From an uncultured Nitrososphaerota archaeon (lineage in GTDB: Archaea > Thermoproteota > Nitrososphaeria > Nitrososphaerales > CADDZS01), in NCBI GenBank assembly GCA_963799845.1, contig CAWCYI010000006.1, forward strand, positions 722,547 to 786,546: a stretch of DNA of 64,000 nucleotides. Direction: 5' to 3'. Positions 9,678 through 19,830 of this stretch are shown piece by piece. A program made the position numbers and the translations under genes. Each line of letters opens with the position of its first letter. Positions within the stretch are counted from its first letter, which is position 1. The notes beneath the pieces are model-generated. The model was not told where the DNA came from, did not search any database, and saw only the letters and a list, made by a program, of their open reading frames with translations.

Positions 9678-10685
9678 TCAACTTGTGTAGGACTTGAAGT
9701 AGGGAATCACTTCCCTTCGAAACAGATCAATGAACTTTGGCTGGCTGGGACTCGAGCTCGTTATGTGGATCTGATCGAAGCCGATCTTCCTGTACTTCTC
9801 GATTGCCTTGATGAATGGCTCCGCGGAAGTGCCGACAATCCACGATCTGGACAGTTGTTCATTTCCCACCATGTCGCCGTGCGCCTCGATCTCCTTTGGA
9901 TCGAACACAGCCATCTTGTAGAAAACGGGCATCGTCGATCCCGCCCAGGGGCGAGCAGCGTTCAGTGCTGCTTCCGGATCTTCGTCGTAGGTCATCCAGA
10001 CTTCGAGCGATTTCGAGAAATCTTCCATCGCCCGGCCGGATGATTTCAGCCCTTTCTCCAGAGCCGGAAAGAGGACATCTCTGTAGGTTTCGTCGGTCGC
10101 CGGCGGCGTAAGGAACCCGTCTCCCAATCTTCCAGCAACCTCGGCGACCGTGGGCCCGCTCGCCGCCACGTAAATGGGAATCTTGTTTTTGCTCCGTGTG
10201 TACAGTTTTGCTTTGTTCAGCTTGAAGTACTTTCCGCGATAAGATTGAAGCTCGCCCGTCCATAGTCTGCGGATAACTTCGATCGCCTCTTCCAGTCGCT
10301 GGACCCTCTCCGAATAGGGCGGCCACTTGAACCCCAGCGGCATCTCATTCAGGGCCTCTCCTGTTGCAAGCGAAAGAAAAATTCTGTTGTTGTACATGTA
10401 TTCCATGGTAGCAAAAGCCTGCGCAACAATCCCTGGATGGTACCTGAGAATGGGGCAGGTGATCCCGGTTCCGAATTTTATCCTCTTAGTCGCTTGAGCG
10501 GCAGAGGCGATGAATGTCCAGGCGAAGCTGCATGCGGCATTAGTGTGAAACCACGGAAGAAAATGATCGCTGGCCCAGATCGAATCGAATCCGGCCTGTT
10601 CCGCCAGTACGACGTGTTCCAGCGCGACATCGGGCTGAAACTGCTCCAGAGAGATCTGATAACCCAAGTCAAATTTCGGTTTCAA
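9678..10685 (-). CDS. LLM-class F420-dependent oxidoreductase (luciferase-like monooxygenase family)
   Basis: 335 aa TIM-barrel LLM pattern: FDSIWASDHF, GTGITCP, RLGDGFL. Confidence 0.75.
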   Translation of the reverse strand: MKPKFDLGYQISLEQFQPDVALEHVVLAEQAGFDSIWASDHFLPWFHTNAACSFAWTFIASAAQATKRIKFGTGITCPILRYHPGIVAQAFATMEYMYNNRIFLSLATGEALNEMPLGFKWPPYSERVQRLEEAIEVIRRLWTGELQSYRGKYFKLNKAKLYTRSKNKIPIYVAASGPTVAEVAGRLGDGFLTPPATDETYRDVLFPALEKGLKSSGRAMEDFSKSLEVWMTYDEDPEAALNAARPWAGSTMPVFYKMAVFDPKEIEAHGDMVGNEQLSRSWIVGTSAEPFIKAIEKYRKIGFDQIHITSSSPSQPKFIDLFRREVIPYFKSYTS

Positions 10686-10869
10686 TTGAATTACACTCGG
10701 ACTCGGAACTTTCGGGCAATATAATGAATTCCTTCTTAGGAATAACTCGACTTTTCGAGCTCCGTTTCAGCTACTGATAGATGAAACAAGCTAATAGAAA
10801 GCAAATCCATTGAGTAATTCGCGCGGTTGCACAACCCCCCTTAGGGGGCCCCTCACTCCATCGTGACTT

Positions 10870-10965
10870 TGTGCGTCCGTTCAATTCGTTTCGAGCTCTC
10901 TAAGCTCCGTTCAGCTCGTTTCAAGCTCTTCTGAACTTACAGAGCTTGAACGGAGCTTAGCCGTC
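10870..10965. repeat. palindromic intergenic repeat element, copy A (shares a 20-nt core with 59779-59798)
   Basis: Imperfect long hairpin AAGCTCCGTTCAGCTC ... GAGCTTGAACGGAGCTT. The 20-mer CAGCTCGTTTCAAGCTCTTC at 10912-10931 is identical to 59779-59798. Confidence 0.6.
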
Positions 10966-11057
10966 AAAACGATCGCGTGGTTGCGAAACGGCAGAATTTT
11001 TTTCTAAGAATCAATGGGAACTCGTAATTAACGTCTCGGGGGCCGACAAGAGATTCT

Positions 11058-12254
11058 CTAGTCCAGACTCAATGGGTACGAAGAGATTCTTTCGTTACCT
11101 TTCTTGGTGATTACGAACGCGTCTTCTAGTCTGATGCCGCCCGTCTCTTCCGTGTATATTCCCGGCTCAACGACGACCACGCTCCCTTCCTCAACCGTCT
11201 CCTCTGAATTGGGAATGAACCACGGGGGTTCCTGATCGTCCAGTCCGATCGAGTGACCGGCGTGGTGCAAAAGTTTAGGATAGCCTGCCTTTGTAATTTC
11301 GTTGTTCACGGCGGCGTAGATCTCCTTTCCCTTCGTACCCGGCTTCATTATCTCCTGCGCACGATCAAGCGCCGTTACCAGAGTCTCTGCGACCTTCTCC
11401 TGTTTTTTCGAAGGTTTCTTGCCTATGACAAAGGTCCTGCAAAGGTCCGACCAGTAGTTGTTGTAAGAGGCCTGGAGATCCAAGATGATCGTGTCTCCCT
11501 TTTTGAATTTACGACCTGTAGCCCAGCCGCCCACTTCCAGAGACCTTTCTCCTGAAGCATAGTCCCCGATTATCCAGCCGAACGGACCGAACTTCTCAAA
11601 GGCGCGAAAATTGGTCTTCCGATAAACATCGATTTCCGTTTTTCCAGGCTTCGAATTTTTCTGCGCGGTCTTGTAGGCGTAATCTATCATTTTGGTTGCT
11701 GATCTTAGATTCTCGATTTCGTCGCTGCCCTTAGTCTTACGCATCGAGAGGATGGTCCGAGAAATTCCGACCAGCTCGGGCCCACCGCCGCCACTCAATA
11801 TGGCCGATCTGAAGATGTCTGGAAGATGCCACTCCTCGATCCCGAGCCTTCGGATTCCCGAGTGCTTCCTGTACCACTTTTGAAACTCGGAAGAAAGGGT
11901 GTCGGCATACGTGATCATCCGCTCATTTAGGTCATAATCAATGTAAGTTGATATTTCCCCTTCAAAGACGAGCTCCAAACCATTTTTCCCGGATTGTTTT
12001 GCAACCCAGGGATTAACGAGCTCTCCCCTTCCAATGAGAAAAGTTGCCTTTCCACTATTGTCGATTGCAAGAAAAGAAGTTGATCTCTGCCCCTTCATCA
12101 GAGTGAGGTACATGTTGAGGTTGGAAGGGAAACCGCTGAAGTAGAAAATGTGCTTCGGATTGGAAATAATCGCGAGATCGATATTCTTCTCCTTCATCTC
12201 CGAGGCGAAGAGTTCCCGTCTCTCTCTGGGACTGTTGATGCTTTTTCCTGGCAA
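11058..12254 (-). CDS. M24 family Xaa-Pro aminopeptidase/dipeptidase
   Basis: Pita-bread fold motifs GHSIGLDDQEPP and ...EPGIY...RLED, with the N-terminal creatinase-like domain. Confidence 0.8.
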   Translation of the reverse strand: MPGKSINSPRERRELFASEMKEKNIDLAIISNPKHIFYFSGFPSNLNMYLTLMKGQRSTSFLAIDNSGKATFLIGRGELVNPWVAKQSGKNGLELVFEGEISTYIDYDLNERMITYADTLSSEFQKWYRKHSGIRRLGIEEWHLPDIFRSAILSGGGGPELVGISRTILSMRKTKGSDEIENLRSATKMIDYAYKTAQKNSKPGKTEIDVYRKTNFRAFEKFGPFGWIIGDYASGERSLEVGGWATGRKFKKGDTIILDLQASYNNYWSDLCRTFVIGKKPSKKQEKVAETLVTALDRAQEIMKPGTKGKEIYAAVNNEITKAGYPKLLHHAGHSIGLDDQEPPWFIPNSEETVEEGSVVVVEPGIYTEETGGIRLEDAFVITKKGNERISSYPLSLD

Positions 12255-12326
12255 GTTGTTACCTCGCCGTGAGGTCGAAGCGAGATAAGTGTTTTTCTCG
12301 GTATTTTCGGGCTAGTTCGAACGATC

Positions 12327-13157
12327 TTAAGCCTGGATTGAGCTCTCGACGGCTCGGGAACTCTTATTCTCGTTGAAGACTTGAGTCGCTTCGTGAACCG
12401 TCGCATTCTCGTGGACTACTGCTCTAATTCCCTTGATCATGGCGACGGGGTTGTCATTCTGCCAGATGTTTCTTCCCATGTCAACGCCAACCGCGCCTTC
12501 CCTAATCGCATTGTAGGCAAGCTGGAAAACGTCGATCTCGCTGTTCAGTTTCGGCCCACCTGCGACAACGATTGGAACCGGACAACCGTTCACCACTTTT
12601 GAAAAGTCCTCGCAGTAGTACGTCTTTACGACGTGAACCCCTATTTCTGCGGCAATGCGACAGGCGAGGCTAAGGTAGCGCACGTCTCTCTTCTCCAACT
12701 CTTTACCAACTGCAGTGATTGCCATTACGGGCATACCATACTCTTCTCCTTCGTCAACGAGTTTCGCAAGATTAAGTAGCGTCTGTTTTTCGTGGTCAGT
12801 TCCAATGAAAATTGAAAGCGCCACCGCACAAACATTCAGCCGGACAGCTTCGCGCATCGAAGTCGTGATTCCTTCATCGCTCAGATCTTCATGAAGAACG
12901 CTGGTTCCTCCGGAGACCCTGAGCAAAATCGGAGTGTCCCACTTCGGATCAACCGATGTTCGGAGTACTCCTCTAGTGACGGCTAAAGTGTCTGCAAAAG
13001 GCAGTAGTGGTTCGATGGTCTTCTTGGGGTTCTCCAACCTGTGGGTAGGGCCCATGAAGTAGCCGTGATCGCACGCAAGCATGACGGAATGTCCCGTTGA
13101 AGGTTTGATCATTCTCGATAACCTATTTTTTAGTCCCCAATCCATTTTCTTTTCCAC
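12327..13157 (-). CDS. DhnA-type class I fructose-bisphosphate aldolase / ADH synthase family
   Basis: 276 aa with the archaeal-type class I aldolase pattern (LACDHGYFMGP..., VKTYY, catalytic Lys region). Confidence 0.7.
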   Translation of the reverse strand: MEKKMDWGLKNRLSRMIKPSTGHSVMLACDHGYFMGPTHRLENPKKTIEPLLPFADTLAVTRGVLRTSVDPKWDTPILLRVSGGTSVLHEDLSDEGITTSMREAVRLNVCAVALSIFIGTDHEKQTLLNLAKLVDEGEEYGMPVMAITAVGKELEKRDVRYLSLACRIAAEIGVHVVKTYYCEDFSKVVNGCPVPIVVAGGPKLNSEIDVFQLAYNAIREGAVGVDMGRNIWQNDNPVAMIKGIRAVVHENATVHEATQVFNENKSSRAVESSIQA

Positions 13158-13255
13158 CTTATCCCGATAGATTTGAGAAACGGGGCGCAGTGCCTATTAA
13201 TTTATTCATGCGTAAAGAACGCTTAAAATGAGTCAGCCTTCTTGAAATAACGGAC

Positions 13256-13753
13256 ATGAAAGAAGCTCCAGTCCCGGCAGGAATGAGGATTACTCAAGTG
13301 GCAGTTGTCGTGAAAGATCTAAGGAAAACCATGGAATCTTACCACAAGATTCTGGGATGGGGGCCCTGGAGTGTGTATGAGCACAAGCCGCCGAATCTCC
13401 ATCACACAACCCTGCACGGGAAGCAGGTTTCCTATTCAATGCTCGGGGCCGAAGTTCACTGCGATCCGATCGATTTTGAAATCCTGGAACCGCTGGACGG
13501 TCCCAGCATCTACAAGGAGTTTCTAGAGGAGCGGGGCGAGGGTCTGCACCACGTTTCAGTGGTCAGTCCTCGGGAAGACGTCCATGCAGCCTTGAATGAT
13601 TTCAAAAAACAGGGAATCGAAGTCGCGATGAGCGGCCGTCTGGGCGATAATATCGAGTTCTATTACATGGATACAGATCCGATGTTGAAGATGGTCGCAG
13701 AGACCGTGAGCGGTCATGCGATCTCGATGAAGCCGAGCTGGACATATCCCTAG
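13256..13753 (+). CDS. VOC/glyoxalase-like family protein
   Basis: 165 aa with a two-betaalphabetabetabeta-module pattern (ITQVAVVVKDLRKTMESY...GLHHVSVV). Confidence 0.6.
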   Translation: MKEAPVPAGMRITQVAVVVKDLRKTMESYHKILGWGPWSVYEHKPPNLHHTTLHGKQVSYSMLGAEVHCDPIDFEILEPLDGPSIYKEFLEERGEGLHHVSVVSPREDVHAALNDFKKQGIEVAMSGRLGDNIEFYYMDTDPMLKMVAETVSGHAISMKPSWTYP

Positions 13754-15320
13754 GTCCCGGCCGCGCGCCATAATGGATTCAACAATCCAGAATCCGCGAT
13801 CTTCAGGTTTGCCCGATAAATATCAAGCCACTTTTCATATAGGACGGAGTATTGCTCGTGAATCTTCATTCTGGGCTTGAAGGTCTTCTCGATTCTTACC
13901 AGTTCAGCCGCGCCGTCTTGCAAGCTGTCGTAGAATCCGGCACCAACTCCCGCACATATGGCAGCTCCCAGCGCCGTTGATTCCTTGATCACTGGAATAT
14001 TGACTTGCACTCCCAGAGTGTCTGAGAGGATCTGGGCCAGAGGAAGCTTTTCGATCCGCCCCCGGCAAAGGTCAATTCGTGAGGTTTTGATCGGGTTATC
14101 GACTCTATTATTTTCAGATGCCCTAACGAAACGTAGCCTGCGGCTTCCTCTATCGCTCGGATGCATTCTTTTTTACCTGATAACTTTGGGTTCGTAATAT
14201 CAAATTGCAAAAACGAGGGAGACGCGTGAACCCAGTATTTTGAGTTCATTAGGTTTGAGAAGATTCCTAATACACCACTGCAACCTGGAGGGACCGAGCT
14301 TGCTTCCTTTTCCATCAGTTCGTACGCATCGACGCCGAGCCTTCTTGCCTCTTCTTTTTCCTCCTGGCAAAACGCATCCCTGAACCAGCGCATGGTCAGG
14401 CCGCAGTAAAATCCGATACCCTCGAGCATCCACTGGCCTTCGATGGTGCTGCACAGGGTTCTCAATCTTATCTTTGGATCGATGAGCGGTTTATCGAGCA
14501 AAATTGTATGTTGCCAGAAACTTCCGCCAAGGATCGTGACCTTTCCCGGCCTCGAAACCCCGATCCCGGCGAGGCCCAGCTGAGTATCGGCGCCTCCTAC
14601 GACCACCGGAGTCCCTTCGGGGAGAGACGTTTCCCTCGATGCTTTTTTCGTAACTCCCCCGACGACGGTTCCCGACGAAATGACGCGGGGAAATATCTCC
14701 CTTTCCAGTCCGACCATCTCCAGTATTTCCCGAGACCACGACCTTGTCTTCAAGTCGAACATTCCGGAGCTGGAACCGATGGAGGGTTCAGTGACAAATT
14801 CGTCGGATAATCTGTAAAGAATCCAGTCAGCAAGCATCCCCATGTGCGCGATCTTACCGAACACTTCGGGCTCGTGTTTCTTAATCCAGAGAAACCTTGG
14901 CACTGAGGTAATGGAGACCCAGTCTCCCGAGATGAAGTATATCTTCTTGGCATCTCCACTCTTTACAAGTTCAGTGGCTTCATCCTTCGCCCTCGAATCT
15001 ACGTTAGGGCAGGCCCAGATCTCCCGTCCCCGCTCGTCATACAAGACCATCCCCTCCCTCATGCTTGTCGCACTGACAGCATCAATTTTGGAGCCGTTGG
15101 TTCCCGCTTTTTCGATCGCGTCCCGAATGCAGACGCAAATTAGCCCCCAGTTTGTCCTTGTGTCGAAGACCTGCGATGTCGGGTAACCCTTGAGCGGTTT
15201 ATGCGACCACTCCTGCTGGGAGAAGGAGACCTGATTACCAGATTTGTCGAAAATGACGGCCCGGCAGCTGCCGGTTCCAGCGTCCACCGCCATTATGAAA
15301 TGGTCTGATTCTCTCTTCAA
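13750..15320 (-). CDS. FGGY-family carbohydrate kinase (xylulokinase/glycerol kinase-like) with apparent 1-nt frameshift near 14040-14050
   Basis: N-terminal AVDAGTGSCRAVIFD and the central FGGY domain are in ORF 13989..15320. The C-terminal signature GGGSKS / QILSDTLGVQVNIPVIKESTALGAAICAGVGAGFY is split into ORF 13750..14166 in another frame. Confidence 0.75.
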
Positions 15321-15346
15321 AGAAGGGACTCTTTTCTAAAAGGATG

Positions 15347-16393
15347 TTAATTCTTCAGAACTTCAGGATTTATCACGGTCTCAAGCGCGAGACCGGAAAG
15401 GTAACGTTGTAGCTGTTTTGCAACGATCTGAGCGCCCTTCGTCGTTGTTTCGAATGTTGCTCCCGCAATGTGGGGAGTTACAATCACGTTATCCAGAGTG
15501 ATCAACGGATTAACGGGGCGATTGGGATTGTACCTCAATACATCCATCGCTGCTCCCGCAATCTTATTCTGTTTCAGCGCTTCGAACAGGGCAGTTTCGT
15601 CAACCATGCTCGGTCTCGCCGTATTGATGAAAAAAGAGTCAGGCTTCATTGACCCGAACTCCGTTTCTCCAAAGAGGTATTCGTTTTCTTTCGATTCCCT
15701 GGCGTGAAGAGAAACAAAATCGGATGCCGATATTAGATTCTGAAAGTCCGTCACCTTCACTCCAGGGGCCTCGATCTTTGATTTGTCAACGTAAGGGTCA
15801 TAGACAAGAATTTCCATTCCAAACCCCAGGGCTCTCGTGCACACCTTTGAGCCTACCCTGCCGTAGCCTACCAAGCCAAGAACTTTTCCGCCAAGCTCAT
15901 GTCCGAAGAACTGGTTTCCCTCATAGTTATCTGCGCCAACGATTTTTGTTGCTTTTACATGATCCAGAGCTCGCACAATGTTCCTCGATAGCATGATCAT
16001 GAACGCTATCGCGAGATCTGCAACAGCGTCCGCATTCTTGCCCGGTGCAGTTACTACGGGGATCTTCGTTTCAGTTGCGGCCTGAACATCAATATTAACG
16101 GGCCCTCCGCGAGCGCAACAGATTAGTTTCAGATTGGGAGAAGCATCCAGTACCTGATCAGTTACGGGAGCTCCATGAACCACGAGGCAATCAACCGAAT
16201 CTATCTCATTGATTAATTGACTTGGAGAGCCCAGGTACTCCCTAATCCTTCTTTCCGAATCGGAAATTGGATTCAGCTTCTGGTCTTCATTCATTTCGAT
16301 ATAGCGTACATCGCAGGTTCCTGAAATATCGGAGAATGCCTTTCTGAAATCCTCAACCGAGACAAAAGAGTCGCCTGCGACAAGAATCTTCAT
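15347..16393 (-). CDS. D-isomer-specific 2-hydroxyacid dehydrogenase (phosphoglycerate dehydrogenase-like)
   Basis: NAD motif GLVGYGRVGSKV, the catalytic His/Glu/Arg pattern, and 348 aa. Confidence 0.8.
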   Translation of the reverse strand: MKILVAGDSFVSVEDFRKAFSDISGTCDVRYIEMNEDQKLNPISDSERRIREYLGSPSQLINEIDSVDCLVVHGAPVTDQVLDASPNLKLICCARGGPVNIDVQAATETKIPVVTAPGKNADAVADLAIAFMIMLSRNIVRALDHVKATKIVGADNYEGNQFFGHELGGKVLGLVGYGRVGSKVCTRALGFGMEILVYDPYVDKSKIEAPGVKVTDFQNLISASDFVSLHARESKENEYLFGETEFGSMKPDSFFINTARPSMVDETALFEALKQNKIAGAAMDVLRYNPNRPVNPLITLDNVIVTPHIAGATFETTTKGAQIVAKQLQRYLSGLALETVINPEVLKN

Positions 16394-17160
16394 CGCATGC
16401 CCCTTCCGCCGCTGACAGTGAGGATCTCGCCAGTGACAAAATCAGATTCATCCGAAGCGAGGAAGACGCAAGCACTTCCGATCTCGTCCGGTCTTCCCAG
16501 CCTCTTGAGCAATGCTTCAGCTACCGCGTTTCTCCTAGCCTCTTCAGTCATGGAAGCCACCATGTCCGTCTCGATAGTACCAGGGGAAACCGCATTCACT
16601 CGAATGAAAGGTGCCAATCTGACGGCAAGAGCTCTAGTTACTCCAATCACCCCGGCTTTTGACGCCACATAGTTAGGAATCGTCAGAGCTGACGGCTGCG
16701 CGAGACCGGATATCGATGCTATGTTGATTATAGATCCTTTCTTCTGCTCGATCATTATCGGAGCTACTTCCTTGCAACAGAAAAAAGTCCCCTTCAAGTT
16801 GACATCAATGGTTCTATCAAAATCTTCCTCGGTGGACGAGAGAAAATCCTTTCGTATGATGATGCCCGCATTGTTGACCAGCACATCTATTCTTCCCATC
16901 TTCTCTTTTGCAACAGAAACCATCGTCCTAATCTCGTCAATTTTCGAGACATTCCCCTTGGCAAGAAAAGCTCTTCCGGGGCCCTGATCGTTTAGAGACT
17001 CCACCAATTCGGTCGCTTGAGTCTCCGAGCTGTTATAATTCACCAAGACATCGGCTCCTTCCATGACAAACGATCTCGCAATGGCAGCTCCAATTCCTTT
17101 GCTAGCGCCTGTGACAATTGTTTTCTTGCCTTCCAGTCTGCTGTTTCCTGCGTGGCTCAT
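16390..17160 (-). CDS. SDR oxidoreductase (FabG-like)
   Basis: TGASKGIGAAIA, NNAG, and Y..ASKAG. Confidence 0.85.
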   Translation of the reverse strand: MSHAGNSRLEGKKTIVTGASKGIGAAIARSFVMEGADVLVNYNSSETQATELVESLNDQGPGRAFLAKGNVSKIDEIRTMVSVAKEKMGRIDVLVNNAGIIIRKDFLSSTEEDFDRTIDVNLKGTFFCCKEVAPIMIEQKKGSIINIASISGLAQPSALTIPNYVASKAGVIGVTRALAVRLAPFIRVNAVSPGTIETDMVASMTEEARRNAVAEALLKRLGRPDEIGSACVFLASDESDFVTGEILTVSGGRGMR

Positions 17161-17228
17161 GTTACTGGTTCACCGGGCAGAGGTTATTCAGACTTTTGAC
17201 GCGAGTGTCGCACACTTGAATCCTCATA

Positions 17229-17244
17229 CTTTCTTATAAGAAAG
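17229..17244. promoter_or_regulatory. perfect 7-bp inverted repeat CTTTCTT-AT-AAGAAAG in divergent intergenic region (candidate operator)
   Basis: Seen directly in the sequence between divergently transcribed genes starting at 17160 (-) and 17270 (+). Confidence 0.3.
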
Positions 17245-17269
17245 GGAGGCCAACAGTCGATTCGATTTA

Positions 17270-17623
17270 ATGTCAAGACAATTATCCTCAAGCGAAAGAG
17301 AGAAACTTCTTGAAGATATTTCGAACAAGTGGGAGGAAACTCTCCACTTCCTGGGAGAAGGCGGTGATGTCACTTTCGGTTTCCTTGCTCTGGCAAAACA
17401 CGATCTGCTTGTTTCAGGAAATACGGTCAATTGTCAATATTGCAAACGGCATATTGAGGAAGAAGCCAAGCTAATTGATATGACCATGGATCTCGCAAAG
17501 TTGGGAAACACGTACCCACACGCTCACGGTTTGGGCGAAAAGATGCGTATTGCTTTCTCGGCAATGAAAATCACAATATTCATTACACTTGGCGGACTGA
17601 GACGCGCCGGATTTCTCCCATAA
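17270..17623 (+). CDS. carboxymuconolactone decarboxylase/AhpD-like family protein
   Basis: 117 aa. The CxxC-x2-H pattern VNCQYCKRH is typical of the AhpD core. Confidence 0.5.
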   Translation: MSRQLSSSEREKLLEDISNKWEETLHFLGEGGDVTFGFLALAKHDLLVSGNTVNCQYCKRHIEEEAKLIDMTMDLAKLGNTYPHAHGLGEKMRIAFSAMKITIFITLGGLRRAGFLP

Positions 17624-17625
17624 AA

Positions 17626-18810
17626 GTGTGTGAACGTTTGGCGGAAGCGGTGACGGTCCCTAAACTTGGTTTGACGATGAAGAAAGCCACCGTCGTCAAG
17701 TGGCACAAGCGAGAAGGGGAAGGAGTAAAAAAAGATGAAACAATCGCCGAGATAGAAACAGACAAAGTAACGTGCCAAATTCAATCCCCGCAAGACGGGA
17801 TCCTTCTGAAAATCTTAGGACAAAAGGGCGCAAACGTCCCTGTAGGGGGAATTCTCGCTTACGTGGGACAGCAAGGGGAACAGGTTCCGGAGAATGTCGT
17901 GGCTCCGCCAAGTCCAACGGATAAACCAGCGCCTATTGCGGGAAAGCAATCAAGTGCTCAACCACTGATTCAAAGCCCCGCTTCTGATAAGAAGAGAGTG
18001 TCTCCGCGAGCTAAAAGACTGGTCGAAGAAAAGGGAATAGATCTCTCAAGAATTGTCGGCAGCGGACCTGAAGGAATGATCCTTGAGAGCGACATACTGG
18101 CTTACATCGAGACCAATCTCTCCCGAACGAGCAATGGACTGAAAGTTAAACAAGTGATTCCGTTCACTGCGATCCGCAAGGCCATCGCTGAAAATATGAC
18201 TGCCAGCTTGCAGGGGATGGCGCAAGTAACACTGATGGCGGAAGCTGAGGTATCTCGCTTTCAGAAAATTCTAGCGGGAGCCGAGTCGTCCGATGATCAT
18301 CCGACATACACAGATCTGCTGGTCCAATTAGTATCAAAGACTCTGGAAAATCACCCCATGTTAAATTCGACGATCGAGGAAGACCAGATCAAGATTATCG
18401 AAGAGATCAATATTGGTGTGGGAGTCGCCGCAGAATCCGGTCTGGTCGTCCCAGTAATCAAAAACGCAAACAAAAAAGGTCTCAGCGAAATTTCAACCGC
18501 CCTTAAGGGACTGGGCGAGAAAGCCCGTCAGCAAAAATTGATGCTGGAAGACGTTTCTGGGGGAACGTTCACAGTTACAAATCTTGGGATGTATGGAATC
18601 ACTGCATTTACCCCGATAATTAATCCTCCTCAAACTTCAATCTTGGGCGTTGGCGAAGTCACCCTCAAGCCAGTCGTGGACTCGGGGAAAATAGAAGTTA
18701 GACCGATGATGATGCTCAGCCTGACTTTTGATCATCGGGCGATGGACGGACACATCGCAGCTAATTTTCTCAGGGACCTGAGAAAAGCCATCGAAAGTGG
18801 CTCTGGTTAG
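17626..18810 (+). CDS. 2-oxoacid dehydrogenase complex E2 dihydrolipoamide acyltransferase
   Basis: Lipoyl domain with EIETDKV, an E3/E1-binding region, and the catalytic C-terminal DHRAMDG. Confidence 0.85.
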   Translation: MCERLAEAVTVPKLGLTMKKATVVKWHKREGEGVKKDETIAEIETDKVTCQIQSPQDGILLKILGQKGANVPVGGILAYVGQQGEQVPENVVAPPSPTDKPAPIAGKQSSAQPLIQSPASDKKRVSPRAKRLVEEKGIDLSRIVGSGPEGMILESDILAYIETNLSRTSNGLKVKQVIPFTAIRKAIAENMTASLQGMAQVTLMAEAEVSRFQKILAGAESSDDHPTYTDLLVQLVSKTLENHPMLNSTIEEDQIKIIEEINIGVGVAAESGLVVPVIKNANKKGLSEISTALKGLGEKARQQKLMLEDVSGGTFTVTNLGMYGITAFTPIINPPQTSILGVGEVTLKPVVDSGKIEVRPMMMLSLTFDHRAMDGHIAANFLRDLRKAIESGSG

Positions 18811-18823
18811 GCGCAGCGAAATC

Positions 18824-19813
18824 TTACTTTCCGAACGAGGCGTGAACTGCCTTGACGATTCTTTCGGTGCTCGGAAGGAAGACTTCTTCCAGAACCGGAC
18901 TGAACGGAGCCGGAGAGTTTAGGGCAGTGACCATCTTGATCGGAGAATCCAGATAGTGGAAACCCCGATCCGCAACCAGGGCAGATACGTCGGTAGCAAA
19001 GCCGCATCGCGGGTAATCTTCGTCGACAACTACGAGTCTACCTGTTTTCTTGACCGAATTCAAAATCGCTTCCTCGTCCAGAGGTACAATTGTCCTCGGA
19101 TCAAGAACTTCTGCACTGATTCCTTCTTTCGCTAGAAGCGAAGCCGCTTCCAGACTTTGATAAACTGTCCGAGCTAATCCGACGATCGTAACATCCTTGC
19201 CTTCCCGCTTGATCTCTGCTTTTCCGAAAGGTATGGTGTAGCTTTCGGTCGGAACCCTTCCTTCAATGCTGTGCAGGAACTTGTGCTCGAAGAACATCAC
19301 GGGATCGTCCTGCCTCAGCGCTTGAGTGAGAAGACCTTTGGCATCGTAGGGAGTCGACGGTACCACGCACTTTATTCCAGGAATGTGCGCGAAGATGGAA
19401 TAGAGGCACTGAGAATGCTGCGCGGCTGCCGACAATCCTCCGCCGATCATGGTGATTATCGTAAGCGGGATTTTCGCCTTGCCGCCGAACATGTATTTCA
19501 TTTTCGCGGCTTGATTGAATATCTGGTCAGCGGTAACGCCGAAGAAATCAACGAACATCAAATCAACTACGGGCCTCAGTCCTGTCGCAGCAGCTCCTAC
19601 AGCGACCCCGACAAATCCGGCTTCAGAGATCGGGGTATCGATGATCCTGCTATCGCCGAACTTTTCCTTGAAACCCTTGAATCTGCCGAAGACGCCTCCC
19701 CAGATTCGAACGTCCTCCCCCATGACGATGATGCGATCATTCCTCTCCATTTCTTGCTGGAGCGCGTTAGTTATCGCTTGCAGAAATGTGAATTTTACTT
19801 CGCTGACTTGCAT
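18824..19813 (-). CDS. 2-oxoacid dehydrogenase E1 component beta subunit
   Basis: Transketolase-like pyrimidine-binding domain plus C-terminal domain, 329 aa. Confidence 0.85.
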   Translation of the reverse strand: MQVSEVKFTFLQAITNALQQEMERNDRIIVMGEDVRIWGGVFGRFKGFKEKFGDSRIIDTPISEAGFVGVAVGAAATGLRPVVDLMFVDFFGVTADQIFNQAAKMKYMFGGKAKIPLTIITMIGGGLSAAAQHSQCLYSIFAHIPGIKCVVPSTPYDAKGLLTQALRQDDPVMFFEHKFLHSIEGRVPTESYTIPFGKAEIKREGKDVTIVGLARTVYQSLEAASLLAKEGISAEVLDPRTIVPLDEEAILNSVKKTGRLVVVDEDYPRCGFATDVSALVADRGFHYLDSPIKMVTALNSPAPFSPVLEEVFLPSTERIVKAVHASFGK

Positions 19814-19830
19814 GAAACATATTTCTCCTT

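Noticed and set aside
9765-10326. Several 90-155-aa ORFs on both strands inside the LLM oxidoreductase gene
   Set aside because: They are Arg/Gly-rich alternative-frame ORFs that overlap a well-supported gene completely.
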